The notes: generated by a model from the sequence alone, not told the origin. Positions 20,302-30,901 are shown, numbered from the stretch's first letter. The stretch: 64,000 nucleotides of DNA from an uncultured bacterium (GCA_963844835.1 CAWJPT010000001.1:8072-72071); one strand, 5' to 3'. Program-made: numbers and translations.

Positions 20302-20565
20302 TCAACCGCCGCTCACTGCGTGGAGCACGTACACGTCGGCGTTCTCCGGGACCGGCGTGTCGAGTTTCGCCTGGGTGCCGTTGACAAACACCGCGACGTG
20401 CGGTCGGATCGCGTCGGTCTCGTCCAGGATGTGTCCTCGCAGCCCGGGCTCGGCGGCGAACAGGTCTCCCAGAACCTCGGTCACGCTGGATCCGGAAACA
20501 CGGTGGGTAGCTCCTGTGTTGGCCGTCTGAGCGAGCATTTGGGTGATTTTGAGGTTGGCCGTCAT
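20302..20565 (-). CDS. MoaD/ThiS/CysO-family sulfur-carrier (ubiquitin-like beta-grasp) protein ending in Gly-Gly
   Basis: From ATG 20565-20563: MTANLKITQMLAQTANTGATHRVSGSSVTEVLGDLFAAEPGLRGHILDETDAIRPHVAVFVNGTQAKLDTPVPENADVYVLHAVSGG*. Aligns along its length with mycobacterial CysO (…IPTILRP.TGG…TLG.V…DL…RL.D….L.R.VNIYVN.EDVRF…DGD.V.ILPAV.GG). Start overlaps the stop of the upstream BNR gene (ATGA). Confidence 0.65.
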   Translation of the reverse strand: MTANLKITQMLAQTANTGATHRVSGSSVTEVLGDLFAAEPGLRGHILDETDAIRPHVAVFVNGTQAKLDTPVPENADVYVLHAVSGG

Positions 20566-21599
20566 GGGATCATACGCACCGCACCGATGCGGGGGAATGA
20601 CGGTGCCAGCTCCTGCCACGATTCGCCGTTGTCCCTGGTCAGCCATAGTTTCCCGCCGGTGGTGCCAAAGCAGAATGCGCCCTGGTTGTCACCGTCGAAG
20701 GCTCCCCGCAGCACGCCGGTGAACTGGGGCGAATCGTGCCACCCGGTGCCGGCGACCTGCCACGAATCGCCGTCATCATCGGAGCGGTAAGCACGTAGCT
20801 CGCCTTCGACTGGTACCCGGTTGACGTCGGCGGTCAGCGGCACGGTGAACAGGCGTCCGCTGGAATCGTCCCGCCACATCACAAAGCCGAAGCCGGCAGG
20901 AAGACCGTTCTCGATCTTCTCCCAGTTGTCACCGCCGTCGGCGGTGCGATACACCCCGCTGTGATCCTGACGCCAGATTCGCATCGGGTCGGTGGGGTCG
21001 TGGGCGACACAATGGACGCAATACCCCACTTCGGGGCGGGGAGCGTCCTCGGGGAGACCGACGGTGTCAACCCCATCGTTCTTAGGCTCCCAACTGGCGC
21101 CGCCATCGTCGGAGCGAAAGACGCCAACCGCCGAGATAGACACCCACTGAGAGGCACCGTCGATGTTGACCCGGTGGGCGCACAGCCCGCCAAAGCCGGG
21201 CTGCCAGTCGGGTCGGGTGCGATGCTCGTTGAGACCGTCGACCGGATCCCAGGTGACACCCTGGTCCGCGGACACGAACAATCCGGCATGAGCGACACCC
21301 GCCCAAATACGGTCGCCCGCGGTGTGGAAGGTCCAGATCTGCTCCATCTTGCGGTCGGTGTTCTCCGGCCACGCCGGCGGGACGTCCGTCTGCTCCCAGT
21401 TGACGAGGTCCTCAGAGCGATGAACGCCGACCCCGAACCAGTTGCTACCCACCGAGGCCAGGTTCGTCCCATCCGGGGCCACGCCAAAGGCGGTCGTCTT
21501 CCAGCCGGGGAAGATCGGCCCGGTCACCCCCCACTCGCCTCCCGGCTCCTCTAGTAGATATGCGCCCTTCTCGGTACCGACCAGCAACTTCACGATCAC
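20562..21599 (-). CDS. BNR/Asp-box repeat beta-propeller protein (sialidase/Ycf48-like fold)
   Basis: Intact 345-aa ORF with five Asp-box motifs S-x-D-x-G-x-(T/S)-W: SADQGVTWD, SDDGGASWE, TADGGDNWE, SDDDGDSWQ, TRDNGESWQ. Confidence 0.7.
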   Translation of the reverse strand: MIVKLLVGTEKGAYLLEEPGGEWGVTGPIFPGWKTTAFGVAPDGTNLASVGSNWFGVGVHRSEDLVNWEQTDVPPAWPENTDRKMEQIWTFHTAGDRIWAGVAHAGLFVSADQGVTWDPVDGLNEHRTRPDWQPGFGGLCAHRVNIDGASQWVSISAVGVFRSDDGGASWEPKNDGVDTVGLPEDAPRPEVGYCVHCVAHDPTDPMRIWRQDHSGVYRTADGGDNWEKIENGLPAGFGFVMWRDDSSGRLFTVPLTADVNRVPVEGELRAYRSDDDGDSWQVAGTGWHDSPQFTGVLRGAFDGDNQGAFCFGTTGGKLWLTRDNGESWQELAPSFPRIGAVRMIP

Positions 21600-22021
21600 G
21601 CCTCCCTCGCCAGCACTCTTTTGTCAGAGAACCTCTCGGCAATCGAGCCTACCGGCGGTAAACCGATTCGGACCGGAGCACTTGGCGGCCAGACGGCGGT
21701 GTGCCTCTACGAGGTTCCACTCGGCCGGCCCAGGACGGCCTCGGTCCAATACACCCGGCATCTCTGACCGGGGACGTGCTCCGGACGAGATTGCAGCGTC
21801 GAGCTGGATAATCCACCACCCCAATCGGGACATGGCCTGTATGTTTGACGTCGTCGTCGCAAGGGAGGGACGTGGACTGGCGAGACGAGGAACCCGGCTT
21901 GCCGATCAAACTCGGGCCGGCCTCCAACGGCGAATACCTTCCCCAGCCGCTCGGCCCTACCGTCACCGAAGCGTTGCGGCTGGCACGGGAACAGTGCGAT
22001 CGGGCCGCCCGCAAGCTGCAC

Positions 22022-23332
22022 ATGAACCGCCGCGAATTCCTCAAGACCGCTGCGGCGTCGGCGATCACGTTGTTCTTCCTGGATCAGACGTCCGCCGCCG
22101 CGTCGGCCGACCCGGGTGGGCGCTTCCTCATCCCGGCCGATGCACTGTGGGAACCGCTGGCGGCCGAGGAGCGGCTAACCGGCGACGAATTCATCATGGA
22201 CGTCCAGGGGCACCTCCTCGAATACGACTTGAACCCGGCCAGCCGGGGGCAGCGCTTCTGGGGCGATCAGTTCCCTCAGGTCAACTGTGGCGAGGAAGAC
22301 CCCAGGGCATGTTTCACCATGACCCACTTCATGGAGGAGATGTTCCTGCGTTCGGACACTTCGATGGCGGTGGTCTCGGCGCTCCCCATCTACCCCGAAG
22401 GCAGTCCGCTCCCCATCGAAGTGATGGAAGAGACCCGGATTGCCGCCATCGGGCTCACCAGGGACGACCGGATCAAGATCCACGCTCAGGTGCTGCCGCA
22501 AATCGCCGAGCTCGGTGCCACGCTCGAAGCGATGGAGGAGGTGGCGACCAGCTACCCGATCGAAGGATGGAAGACCTTCACCCACTTCCCCGACCCGGTC
22601 ACCGGCAACCACTACTGGCTCGACGACCACGAAGACGGGGTGCCACAAGTGGGACGGGCCATGATCGAGAAGTCGCTCGAGCTCGGCATCAACCGCATCT
22701 GTATCCACAAGGGCCTCTCGGACGGCACCAAGTTCGGATCACCGATCGACGTCGGCCCTGTCGCCAGGGACTACCCGGAGATGAACTTCATCATTTATCA
22801 CTGTGGCTTCGAGGTAGGCACCGTCGAGGGCCCGTACACCGAGGCAACCCGAGATCGGGGCGTCAACCGGTTCATCACCACCTTGAGGGAGAACGACATC
22901 GGCCCCGGCGACAACGTCTACGGCGAGCTCGGCTCCATCTGGTGGTATCTGATGCGCACCCCGAACCAGGCCGCCCATGTGCTCGGCAAGCTGCTCGCCC
23001 AGCTGGGGGAGAACCGCATCCTCTGGGGCACCGACTCCATCTTCTACGGATCACCCCAGGACCAGATCGAGGCGTTCCGTGCCTTCTCCATCACCTCCAG
23101 CTACCGGGAGAGATATGGCTATCCCGTCCTCGGCGGTCGCACCAAACGACGCATCTTCGGTCTCAACGCCGCCGAGCTATACGACGTGGACCCGGTGAAG
23201 GTGCATTGGGATTTCACCCGGGATGAGCTGGCCGAGATCAGACGCACATTCCCCGACATAAATCGCACCCTAGGGCCCACCAACGTCGCCCAGTACATGG
23301 CGTTCCACGAACACCATCGAGGCTGGTTCTGA
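22022..23332 (+). CDS. TAT-secreted amidohydrolase-family (Amidohydro_2) metal-dependent hydrolase
   Basis: Likely start ATG 22022 giving MNRREFLKTAAASAITLFFLD (twin-arginine signal). …FIMDVQGHL…INRICIHKGL…NFIIYHCGFE…ILWGTDSIFYGSPQDQIEAF… typical of the amidohydrolase 2 fold. ORF 21845 extends upstream but lacks the signal-peptide logic. Confidence 0.7.
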   Translation: MNRREFLKTAAASAITLFFLDQTSAAASADPGGRFLIPADALWEPLAAEERLTGDEFIMDVQGHLLEYDLNPASRGQRFWGDQFPQVNCGEEDPRACFTMTHFMEEMFLRSDTSMAVVSALPIYPEGSPLPIEVMEETRIAAIGLTRDDRIKIHAQVLPQIAELGATLEAMEEVATSYPIEGWKTFTHFPDPVTGNHYWLDDHEDGVPQVGRAMIEKSLELGINRICIHKGLSDGTKFGSPIDVGPVARDYPEMNFIIYHCGFEVGTVEGPYTEATRDRGVNRFITTLRENDIGPGDNVYGELGSIWWYLMRTPNQAAHVLGKLLAQLGENRILWGTDSIFYGSPQDQIEAFRAFSITSSYRERYGYPVLGGRTKRRIFGLNAAELYDVDPVKVHWDFTRDELAEIRRTFPDINRTLGPTNVAQYMAFHEHHRGWF

Positions 23333-23418
23333 CTCGTACCGACACTTCGGGACGCACATCTTTGCGATTTGCGTCTCGTCGTGTATTCACGCCGTTCGGG
23401 CTGCACTAACTTGGAGGG

Positions 23419-24434
23419 GTGGGCACGATCGTTCTCGCCGTTCAACTCCTCACATCGGTGATCGTCGCAGTCGTGCGTGCGATCGGTCGCCGCCTCCTGA
23501 ACGGAGCGGCGGTGCCGGGGTGGAGTTGGACCGTCGAGCTGCGAGCTGTGGCGTTGCGGTCCTTCATCATGAGCGCCGCGGCACATCCCGACCCACACGC
23601 AAGAGCAAAGCTCGAAACCCGCCTCGACCCACCGCTACCCCGACGGCTCCGTTCGGTGATGCGGGTACGCGGCGGAGAGCGTCGGGGGAGTCCCCGGCGA
23701 GTGGCACGAGCGCACCGACACCACCTTGACCGACCGGTGCACCCTTCTCTACTTCCACGGCGGCGGCTACGTGGCGGGCAGCCCCGCCACCCACCGGCAA
23801 TGGGTGTCCCGACTCAGCTGGGCGATCGGCTGCCGGGCGTACGTTCCGGCGTACCGTCTGGCACCACAGCACCCGTTCCCCGCCGCTCTCGACGATGCCT
23901 TCGCTGTCTACCTGGCGCTCCTCGACCGTGGAGTCCCGCCCGGGGAGATCGTGCTCGCAGGCGACTCCGCCGGCGGAGGATTGAGCCTCGCCCTCCTGCT
24001 CCGGCTCCGTGACGAGGCACGCCCCCTTCCTGCTGGTGCCGTCCTGTTCTCCCCCTATACCGACCTCGAGCACACTGCCCCATCGATCATCACCAATCTC
24101 GCCACCGACTATCTCCCAGTCGGCGAGATCCAGGCCCAACTCGGAATACCTGGGCGGTCATGACCCGAAGGACCCGTACGCCTCGCCCCTCTACGGCGAC
24201 TACACCTCAATCCCACCGCTGCTCGTGTTCGCCGGTGGTCGGGAGATGATCCTCGACGACTCGACCAGGCTCGTTGACCGCGCCCGCACCGACCGATGCG
24301 ACATCACAATCCATGTGGCCCCTGACATGTACCACGTATGGCCTGCGCTGCTGCCCGGGCACTCCGAGAGTCTCGTCGCCCAGGCCCGTACCGCAGAGTG
24401 GGTCGACCGCCACGTCACGATCCCCACCAAGTAG
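23419..24434 (+). CDS. Alpha/beta hydrolase, Abhydrolase_3/HSL family (esterase/lipase), 2 frame disruptions
   Basis: LLYFHGGGYVAGS (HGGG oxyanion motif) and LAGDSAGGGLSLAL (GDSAG nucleophile elbow) in ORF 23726..24163. C-terminal continuation …DPYASPLYGDYTSIPPLLVFAGGREMILDDS…HVWPALL in ORF 24009..24434. The N-terminal part is in a third frame. Confidence 0.55.
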
Positions 24435-24504
24435 TTGCTGCCCCAAACCGCTCGAACGGGGGGTAGCTTCTCAGGGGTCATATCGAAGAGTCAAAGGTGG
24501 GGAT

Positions 24505-26857
24505 ATGCCATCAACCTCTCGCCGTCGTTTCACAGCCTGGATCGCAGCTGCGATCCTCGCCGCCACACCACTCGCCACCGTTGCCACAGCCGCTCCGGCG
24601 GCAGCCGCAACCTCCTATGTCGTCGATACCGTCTCCGACAACGGGGCGCTCAGCGCATGTACCGACGCCCCCGGTGACTGCAGTCTGCGTGGTGCGGTCA
24701 CAGCGGCCAACGCCGGCGCCGGGGCCGACACCATCGACTTCGACATCCCCGCCGCATCGTGCCCCGGCGGGGTGTGCCGGCTCACCCTCACCAACGGCCC
24801 GATCACCATCACCGACCCGGTGGACCTCGACGCCACCACCCAGCCCCAGAACGGCGCACCCCAGGCAAACGTATGTGCCACTGCCACCGAACCGTCCTAC
24901 ATGCGCATCGAGATCGTGAGTGCCCCCACCTCGGGGAGCGCCACCATCTTCAATGTGAGCAACGCCACCGGAGCCACCACCATCCGGGGCTTCGCCCTCG
25001 GAAGCAACGACTCCACCTACTTCACGCCCGGCATCTTCCTGGACGAGGGATCGGGCCACCAGATCGCATGCAACCACTTCGCCCTCGACGGGCCCGGGGT
25101 CAACCATCTCGGCAGCGGCGACTTCACCACCGCCATCGAACTCGAGCAGAACTCGTCGCATGTGACCATCGGGACCAACGGTGACGGAGTCGGCGACGTG
25201 GGTGAACGCAACGTTTTCGGAGCGACCGGGGCGTACGCGGTCTACATCAACGGCGATCAGAACAGCACCGATCATCGGGTGTCCGGCAACTACTTCGGGT
25301 TCACCGCCGATGGCACCACCGTGCTCGGCGGCGGGCGCGTCTACATGCGCCAACTCGCCACCGGGAACCTGATCGGCAGCGACCTGAACGGCGTCTCCGA
25401 CGATCTCGAACGCAACTACTTCGGTGGTGACAAGGGCGTCGGTCTCGACGGGACCACATACGCGCTCGTCGACAACAGCGTCGTCGGCAACGTGTTCGGG
25501 ACGAGCCCGACCGGGACGGCGGCTCCCATGACCATCGGGGTCGAGGTCGAGACTCAAGACCGGATCGAGCGGTATCGAGATCAAGGACAACTACATCGGC
25601 TCGGCAACCGAAGGCATCTACGTCACCGGTGACCCGTCTGTCATGGGCTTCACCATCGACCACAACGTGTTTGGATCCGACCCCGCAGGCAACTCCCGCC
25701 CGAACGGCGAGGCAATCAGGCTCTACACCATCAGGGCGACAGTCGTCTCCAACAACCTGATCGCCGAATCCACCACAACCGGGCTGGCGATGTCGGATGA
25801 CGTGACACTCGGCACCGGCTCGTCCGGGAACTGCATCGTCGCCAACAACGCCGGGGTGGCCAACTTCAGCACCACGAGCGTGACCTTCGAGAACAACTGG
25901 TGGTGGGATGCCACCGGGCCGTCCGGCGCAGGCCCGGGATCCGGAGACAGCGTGAGCAACTACGTCGACTACACCCCGTGGCTCACCAGCGAGCCGGCTG
26001 GATGTGGCGTGGCGGTCAACGCGGTTGACGCAGACTTCACCATCGCCGAGGACGCGGCAGTGGGGACCTCCGTCGGCACGGTGACGGCGTCCGGGTCGGG
26101 CATCCTGGAGTACTCGATCACCGCCGGCAACACCGGCAACGCCTTCGCCATCGACCCGGCGACCGGTGCGATCACCACCGCAGCCGCCCTCGACTACGAG
26201 ACCACTCCGGCGTACACGCTCACGGTCGGGGTCAGCAACGGCGCCACCAGCGACACGGCGACGGTCACCATCGACGTCACCGACGTGTACGAGACACCGA
26301 CGACAGCGACGTTCGATGACGTGCCGACCACCAATACCTTCTTCGCCGACGTCGAGTGGCTGGCGCACGAGGGCATCACCCTGGGCTGCAACCCGCCGGA
26401 CAACGACCTGTTCTGCCCCGGCGATTCGGTGACGAGGGGTCAGATGGCGGCGTTCCTGCATCGGGCGCTCGTCGACAAGATCATGCAGGGCCCACCGGTC
26501 ACATTCACCGACATGTCCGGGTCGGTGTTCGCCGACGACATCCAGTGGCTGGGCAACACCGGGATCACCAAGGGCTGCAACCCGCCGGCCAACGACATGT
26601 TCTGCCCGGGCGCGGTAGTGACCAGGGGTCAGATGGCGGCGTTTCTGGTGCGGGCGTTCGGGTTTACCGACGACGGGGAGGGCAATCCGTTCGTCGACGA
26701 CGACGGGTCGGTGTTCGAAAGCGACATCGCCAAGCTAGCCGCGGCCGGGATCACCAAGGGCTGCAACCCGCCGACCAACGACATGTTCTGTCCCAACGAT
26801 CCGGTGACCCGAGCTCAGATGGCGGCGTTCCTCCACCGAGCGCTTGGGGGATTGACT
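24505..26857 (+). CDS. Paralog 2 of the cell-surface protein (signal peptide, CSLREA-like/beta-helix, cadherin-like, three SLH-like repeats); 2 frame disruptions
   Basis: Start ATG 24505 after aaaggtgggg gives MPSTSRRRFTAWIAAAILAATPLATVATAAPAAAATSYVVDTVSDNGALSACTDAPGDCSLRGAVTAANAG… Cadherin-like VADFTIAEDAAVGTSVGTVTASGSGILEYSITAGNTGNAFAIDPATGAITTAAALDYETTPAYTLTVGVSNG. Repeats …GITLGCNPPDNDLFCPGDSVTRGQMAAFLHRAL, …GITKGCNPPANDMFCPGAVVTRGQMAAFLVRAF, …GITKGCNPPTNDMFCPNDPVTRAQMAAFLHRALG. Frame break near 25560-25640. Expected terminal GD* is lost by one extra g in a g5 run at about 26855. Confidence 0.7.
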
Positions 26858-26912
26858 CGCCGCGATCGGGGGGATAGGGGCTTGGCAACCGTCGGCCACA
26901 CCATCCCGAACG

Positions 26913-27860
26913 CTATGCCAGTGCGGTGTGGATCCGGGCTGCGGTGGCTTGCAGCTGCTCGGCCAGTCCGGGTGGCCCGTCGACCACGAAGCCGACACCA
27001 AACCAGAGGATGCTCATCGCCATCCAGTCGAGCGAGTCTCCGCGCATAACCAGATGGCAATGTTCGTCATCGATGGGTTCGACGGTGTTGTCGCCCGGTG
27101 GCATCCGTCGGGTCACATAGCCGGCGGGGGCATCGAGAGTCACCCGGGCGGTGTAGCGGGCCGGCATCGACTCCTCGACAAACCGCACCGCGTCCCCACC
27201 GGGAATCGGTCGTGTCTCGAAGCCGAGTCGGGTGGAACGGGGCCCGGTGATCCGGTCCAGCCGGAACGTCCGCCAATCGGATCGGTCGAGGTCAAACCCA
27301 AGCAGATACCAGCGGTGGTAGAGAGCAAGGAGCCGGTGCGGCTCGACGTGACGATCACCCGGCTCCGCACCCCGAGCCGCGATAGGTGAAGCGAACCCGT
27401 TCCCGGTTCCGGGTGGCGCCGGCGAGGGTGGCGAGAACCGACGCATCCACCGTCACCCACGGCTGTGGTTGGGCCACCATCGCTTGACGCATCGTGGTCA
27501 CTTGCGACCGGAGTCGGGGCGGCAGCATCTGCTCGAGCTTGGTGAGGGCCCGCAGCGATACTTCCTCGATACCGGCGATCGTCCCGCCGGCGGCCGTCAC
27601 CAGACCGATGGCGATCGCCGCCGCCTCCTCGTCGTCGAGTAGCAGCGGTGGCAACACCGATCCACCCTCGAGCCGGTAGCCGCCGTGGAGACCGCGGCGG
27701 CTGCCACGACGGCGTAGCCGAGCTCGCGGAAGCGATCGATGTCGCGCCGTAGCGTCCGCTCGCTCACCTCGAGACGGTCCATGAGCTCTTCGCCCGACCA
27801 GGAACGGCGTGTCTGCATCAGACCGAGGAGCCGGAGCACTCTGTCGATTGTCTCTGCCAC
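26913..27860 (-). CDS. YafY-family transcriptional regulator (HTH plus WYL domain), 2 frame disruptions
   Basis: N-terminal HTH MAETIDRVLRLLGLMQTRRSWSGEELMDRLEVSERTLRRDIDRFRELGY (ORF 27597..27860). Middle segment in ORF 27355..27870. WYL domain …EPHRLLALYHRWYLLGFDLDRSDWRTFRLDRI… in ORF 26913..27446. Confidence 0.6.
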
Positions 27861-27965
27861 GTTCCCACATTATTCGATATTCCGGTCAGAACCTGGCATG
27901 AATGTTTCGTAGGGTTTCCATTGAGAACCCCGGGAGAGACGCCGGGGCCACCGGAAAGGAATGTC

Positions 27966-28385
27966 ATGGCCACACCATCAACGCTACGGGGGCTCGCCAC
28001 TATCAGCTACTTCGCCGCCGACCACGAGGCGGCGCGGCATTGGTACACCGAGTTCCTTGGCATCGAGCCCTACTTCGAGCGACCCGGTTACGTCGAGTTC
28101 CGTCTCGGCGACTACCAGCACGAGCTCGGGATCATCGACAGCCGGTACGTACCCGGAGTCGAGAGCGGTGCCGGCCGGGCGGGTGTCATCGCCTACTGGC
28201 ACGTCGACGACGTCGCAGCACAGGTAGAGCGCGCCGTCGCCGTCGGCGCCACGATTCTCGAGCCGATCCAGGATCGGGGCCACGGGTTTGTCACCGCAGC
28301 GGTGGTCGACCCGTTCGGCAACATCCTCGGGCTCATGTACAACCCTCACTATCTCGAGATACTTGCTACGAGACAGGTGATGTGA
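27966..28385 (+). CDS. VOC-family (glyoxalase/bleomycin-resistance/dioxygenase fold) protein
   Basis: MATPSTLRGLATISYFAADHEAARHWYTEFLGIEPYFERPGYVEFRLGDYQHELGIID…VVDPFGNILGLMYNPHY, typical VOC beta-alpha-beta-beta-beta modules. Divergent from the WYL regulator. Confidence 0.7.
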   Translation: MATPSTLRGLATISYFAADHEAARHWYTEFLGIEPYFERPGYVEFRLGDYQHELGIIDSRYVPGVESGAGRAGVIAYWHVDDVAAQVERAVAVGATILEPIQDRGHGFVTAAVVDPFGNILGLMYNPHYLEILATRQVM

Positions 28386-28489
28386 CCGGCTGCGGCGGGC
28401 TGCCCTCGCCAGCGATGGCAGGCAGGAGAAGCCCTCCACCATGTGAGGGGTAGCTTCATCGGGGCCGCAGTCGACGTGGGAGGGGCGCG

Positions 28490-28583
28490 CCTGTAACCCG
28501 CCTACCAATGACATGCATTGCCCAACAACCCGGTCACCAGGGCGCAGATGGCGGCCTTCCTCCACCGTGCCCTCGGGTCGTGA
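28490..28583 (+). pseudogene. Remnant of a C-terminal SLH-like repeat (gene fragment)
   Basis: With one frame correction reads ACNPPTNDMHCP(N)NPVTRAQMAAFLHRALGS*, the same GCNPP.ND.FCP..VTR.QMAAFLHRALG module that ends the three surface-protein paralogs. No upstream passenger domain is present. Confidence 0.5.
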
Positions 28584-28587
28584 GCGC

Positions 28588-29085
28588 CTAACGGAACTGC
28601 TCGTACACCTGGCGTTGCAGCGTGTCGACCGGCTCGTCGAAGCCCATGCTGCTGGCATACGGGAGGAACTGGTCGTCGTCCTCATTGACGATGATCGACG
28701 ACAACAAGACGCCGTCCGACTTCTGGTCGATGGCTTTGGCTAGATCGGAAGAATCCGCGCCGTCGACCAGCATCCGCATCTCGTCGTAGATGGCCCACTG
28801 CAGCTCACCGTAGGTGATCGTGTCCCGGCGCTTTGCCCGTGCGATCGTCACCAGACGGGCAAGTTCCACGGCCTTTTCCCACTGCTGTGGTGACTCGTTG
28901 GGCGCCAGACGCACGGCATCACCGGACTGCTCGGCAGCGGCAACATGACGCTGTGCCTGCGACGCACCCACTTGTGACAGTCGCTGTACGAGCCGGCCGG
29001 CTCGCTTGCGGATTTGGTCTTCATGCGGTGGGGCACCGGCCCTTGCCATCTGCCGCGCCTTCTCGATGCGTTCTTCGCGGTTCAC
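28588..29085 (-). CDS. Hypothetical protein
   Basis: Intact 165-aa ORF (MNREERIEKARQMARAGAPPHEDQIRKRAGRLVQRLSQ…). No recognisable family. Convergent with the SLH-like remnant. Confidence 0.45.
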   Translation of the reverse strand: MNREERIEKARQMARAGAPPHEDQIRKRAGRLVQRLSQVGASQAQRHVAAAEQSGDAVRLAPNESPQQWEKAVELARLVTIARAKRRDTITYGELQWAIYDEMRMLVDGADSSDLAKAIDQKSDGVLLSSIIVNEDDDQFLPYASSMGFDEPVDTLQRQVYEQFR

Positions 29086-29237
29086 GCCAGGAGTATCGCG
29101 TATCTCGGACCCCGGTCAGCCGTTCTCATCCGCAGCCAGAAACTGTGACCACTATGCCTGTCATTCGCCATGCCGTTTTGCGCCGTCAGGTATTCCGTCC
29201 ATAGAGTCCGAGTCGAGCAGCAGTCAGGGGGTACGCC

Positions 29238-30901
29238 ATGGCCAGGATCAGAACACTATTCATCGCACTCGTTTTACTGCTCGCCGTTCCCGCCTCCGCG
29301 TCGGCGGATGATCCCGAACCCGGCACGGTTCGGGGCCACGTGTACGACGAAAGCGGCCAGCCTGCCTTGGGCGCATGCGTCACTACCGGTAGCTATGCAA
29401 TGGATATCGAGCCGGACGGTGGTTACGAGTTCAATGTCGGGACGGCTATCACCCATGTGTATGCCTACAACTGTCATGGTCTGCCCGATTATCCCTACCT
29501 CTCGCCGTGGTATTACGGCGGGGGTCAGGACCAGTCCACAGCCACCGCAATCGAGGTGATCCCCGGCGGCGTGGTCTACGCCGACATCACTCTTCCGGCT
29601 GCTCCCGGCTCCCACGATGAGCTCGGGGCAGTCACGGGCCACATTTCGTCCGGCGCCGCCAACGACGATCTCCACGAAAGCGTGTTTCTGGTCAATGACG
29701 CCGGTGAGGTATATCCGGGTTTCACAGACCCCGCGGCATACTCGGGCCTGATCCGGGGCTGTACCTCGTCCCGGCGCCACCCGGCGAGTACCGCCTCCTC
29801 ACCAGGTCAATGGAGCAGCGAGATACGTACCTGCCCGTGTACTACGGAACCAACCCGAGAGGCTTTGCCGCTTCATACCAAGAGGGCGAGTCGCTCCGGA
29901 TCGAATCGGGGAAGATCATCTCGGGCATCGACATCGAGCTGACGCCGGGCGAGTCCCGCTACGCCACGTCCGGCGATTCCTCCATTTACGTGTCGCCCGA
30001 GCCCGCCTGGCCGGGCGTTCTGATGAGCCGAGAGGAGCTCATGACCCTTGATCGCGTCGCGGTCTATCAAGACAACGCAGACGGCAACACCGTTGCTGAC
30101 TACAGATTCTTGGCTATCCCCGACCTGCGGGCATCAGGCGCTTCTCGGGTGCGATTGATGCTGCCTATGTCCATGCTCGGCCCCTACGACATAGATACGC
30201 TGCCGGTATACCTGGGATATGACAAGCTCGAAGCCTGTCAGAGCGATGCCGACGACGACTGTGTCGCCGGCCGGTCCGTCGATCTCTACACGTACTCCGC
30301 AGGCGAGATGGCAATCCTCGAGATCCGCACCACGCAGGGCGGCATCTTTCAGGTAGGTGTCAGACCCCAGTTCTATGACTCAGCGGAGTCGGTGTTTGCC
30401 GGCGACATCCTATGGCTCGCCGACTCCGGGATAACAACCGGCTGCAACGCCGCCGGTGACATGTTTTGCCCCGACGACGTCGTGACTCGCGGGCAGATGG
30501 CGGCCTTCCTGGTGCGGGCGCTCGGTCTCTCCTCCCGCCTCGACGACCCGTTTGTCGATGACGACGTATCGATCTTCCAAGGTGACATCGAGAAGCTGGC
30601 GGCAGCCGGGATCACCAAGGGGTGTAATCCTCCGGTCAACGATCGGTTCTGCCCCAACGAATCGGTGACCCGTGGGCAGATGGCGGCCTTCCTGGTGCGG
30701 GCGCTCGGGTACACCGACGACGGCGGTGGCGACTTGTTCGGCGACGACAACGGCTCCGTCTTCGAGAGCGCCATCGACAAGCTGGCAACTGCCGGTGTCA
30801 CTAGAGGGTGCAATCCTCCCGTCAACGATCGGTTCTGCCCTGCAGCTCCGGTAACCCGGGGCCAAATGGCTGCGTTCCTGCACCGGGCCCTGGGGGACTG
30901 A
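29238..30901 (+). CDS. Paralog 3 of the cell-surface protein: signal peptide, carboxypeptidase-regulatory-like (CarboxypepD_reg/Cna-B-like) domain, three SLH-like repeats; 1 frame disruption near 29780
   Basis: Signal MARIRTLFIALVLLLAVPASASA. GTVRGHVYDESGQPALGACVTTGSYAMDIEPDGGYEFNV is a carboxypeptidase-regulatory-like beta-sandwich. C-terminal repeats …GITTGCNAAGDMFCPDDVVTRGQMAAFLVRALG, …GITKGCNPPVNDRFCPNESVTRGQMAAFLVRALG, …GVTRGCNPPVNDRFCPAAPVTRGQMAAFLHRALGD*. The distal two-thirds are ORF 29810..30901. Confidence 0.7.

Noticed and set aside
21442-23226. 594-aa plus-strand ORF
   Set aside because: It is an alternative frame overlapping the BNR gene (antisense) and the amidohydrolase (out of frame). 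It is Arg/Pro/Gly-rich with no domain signal, and the amidohydrolase frame has clear family motifs.
24511-26461. Minus-strand ORFs of 359 aa and 386 aa
   Set aside because: They are antisense to surface-protein paralog 2, whose plus-strand frames carry signal peptide, cadherin-like and SLH-like motifs.
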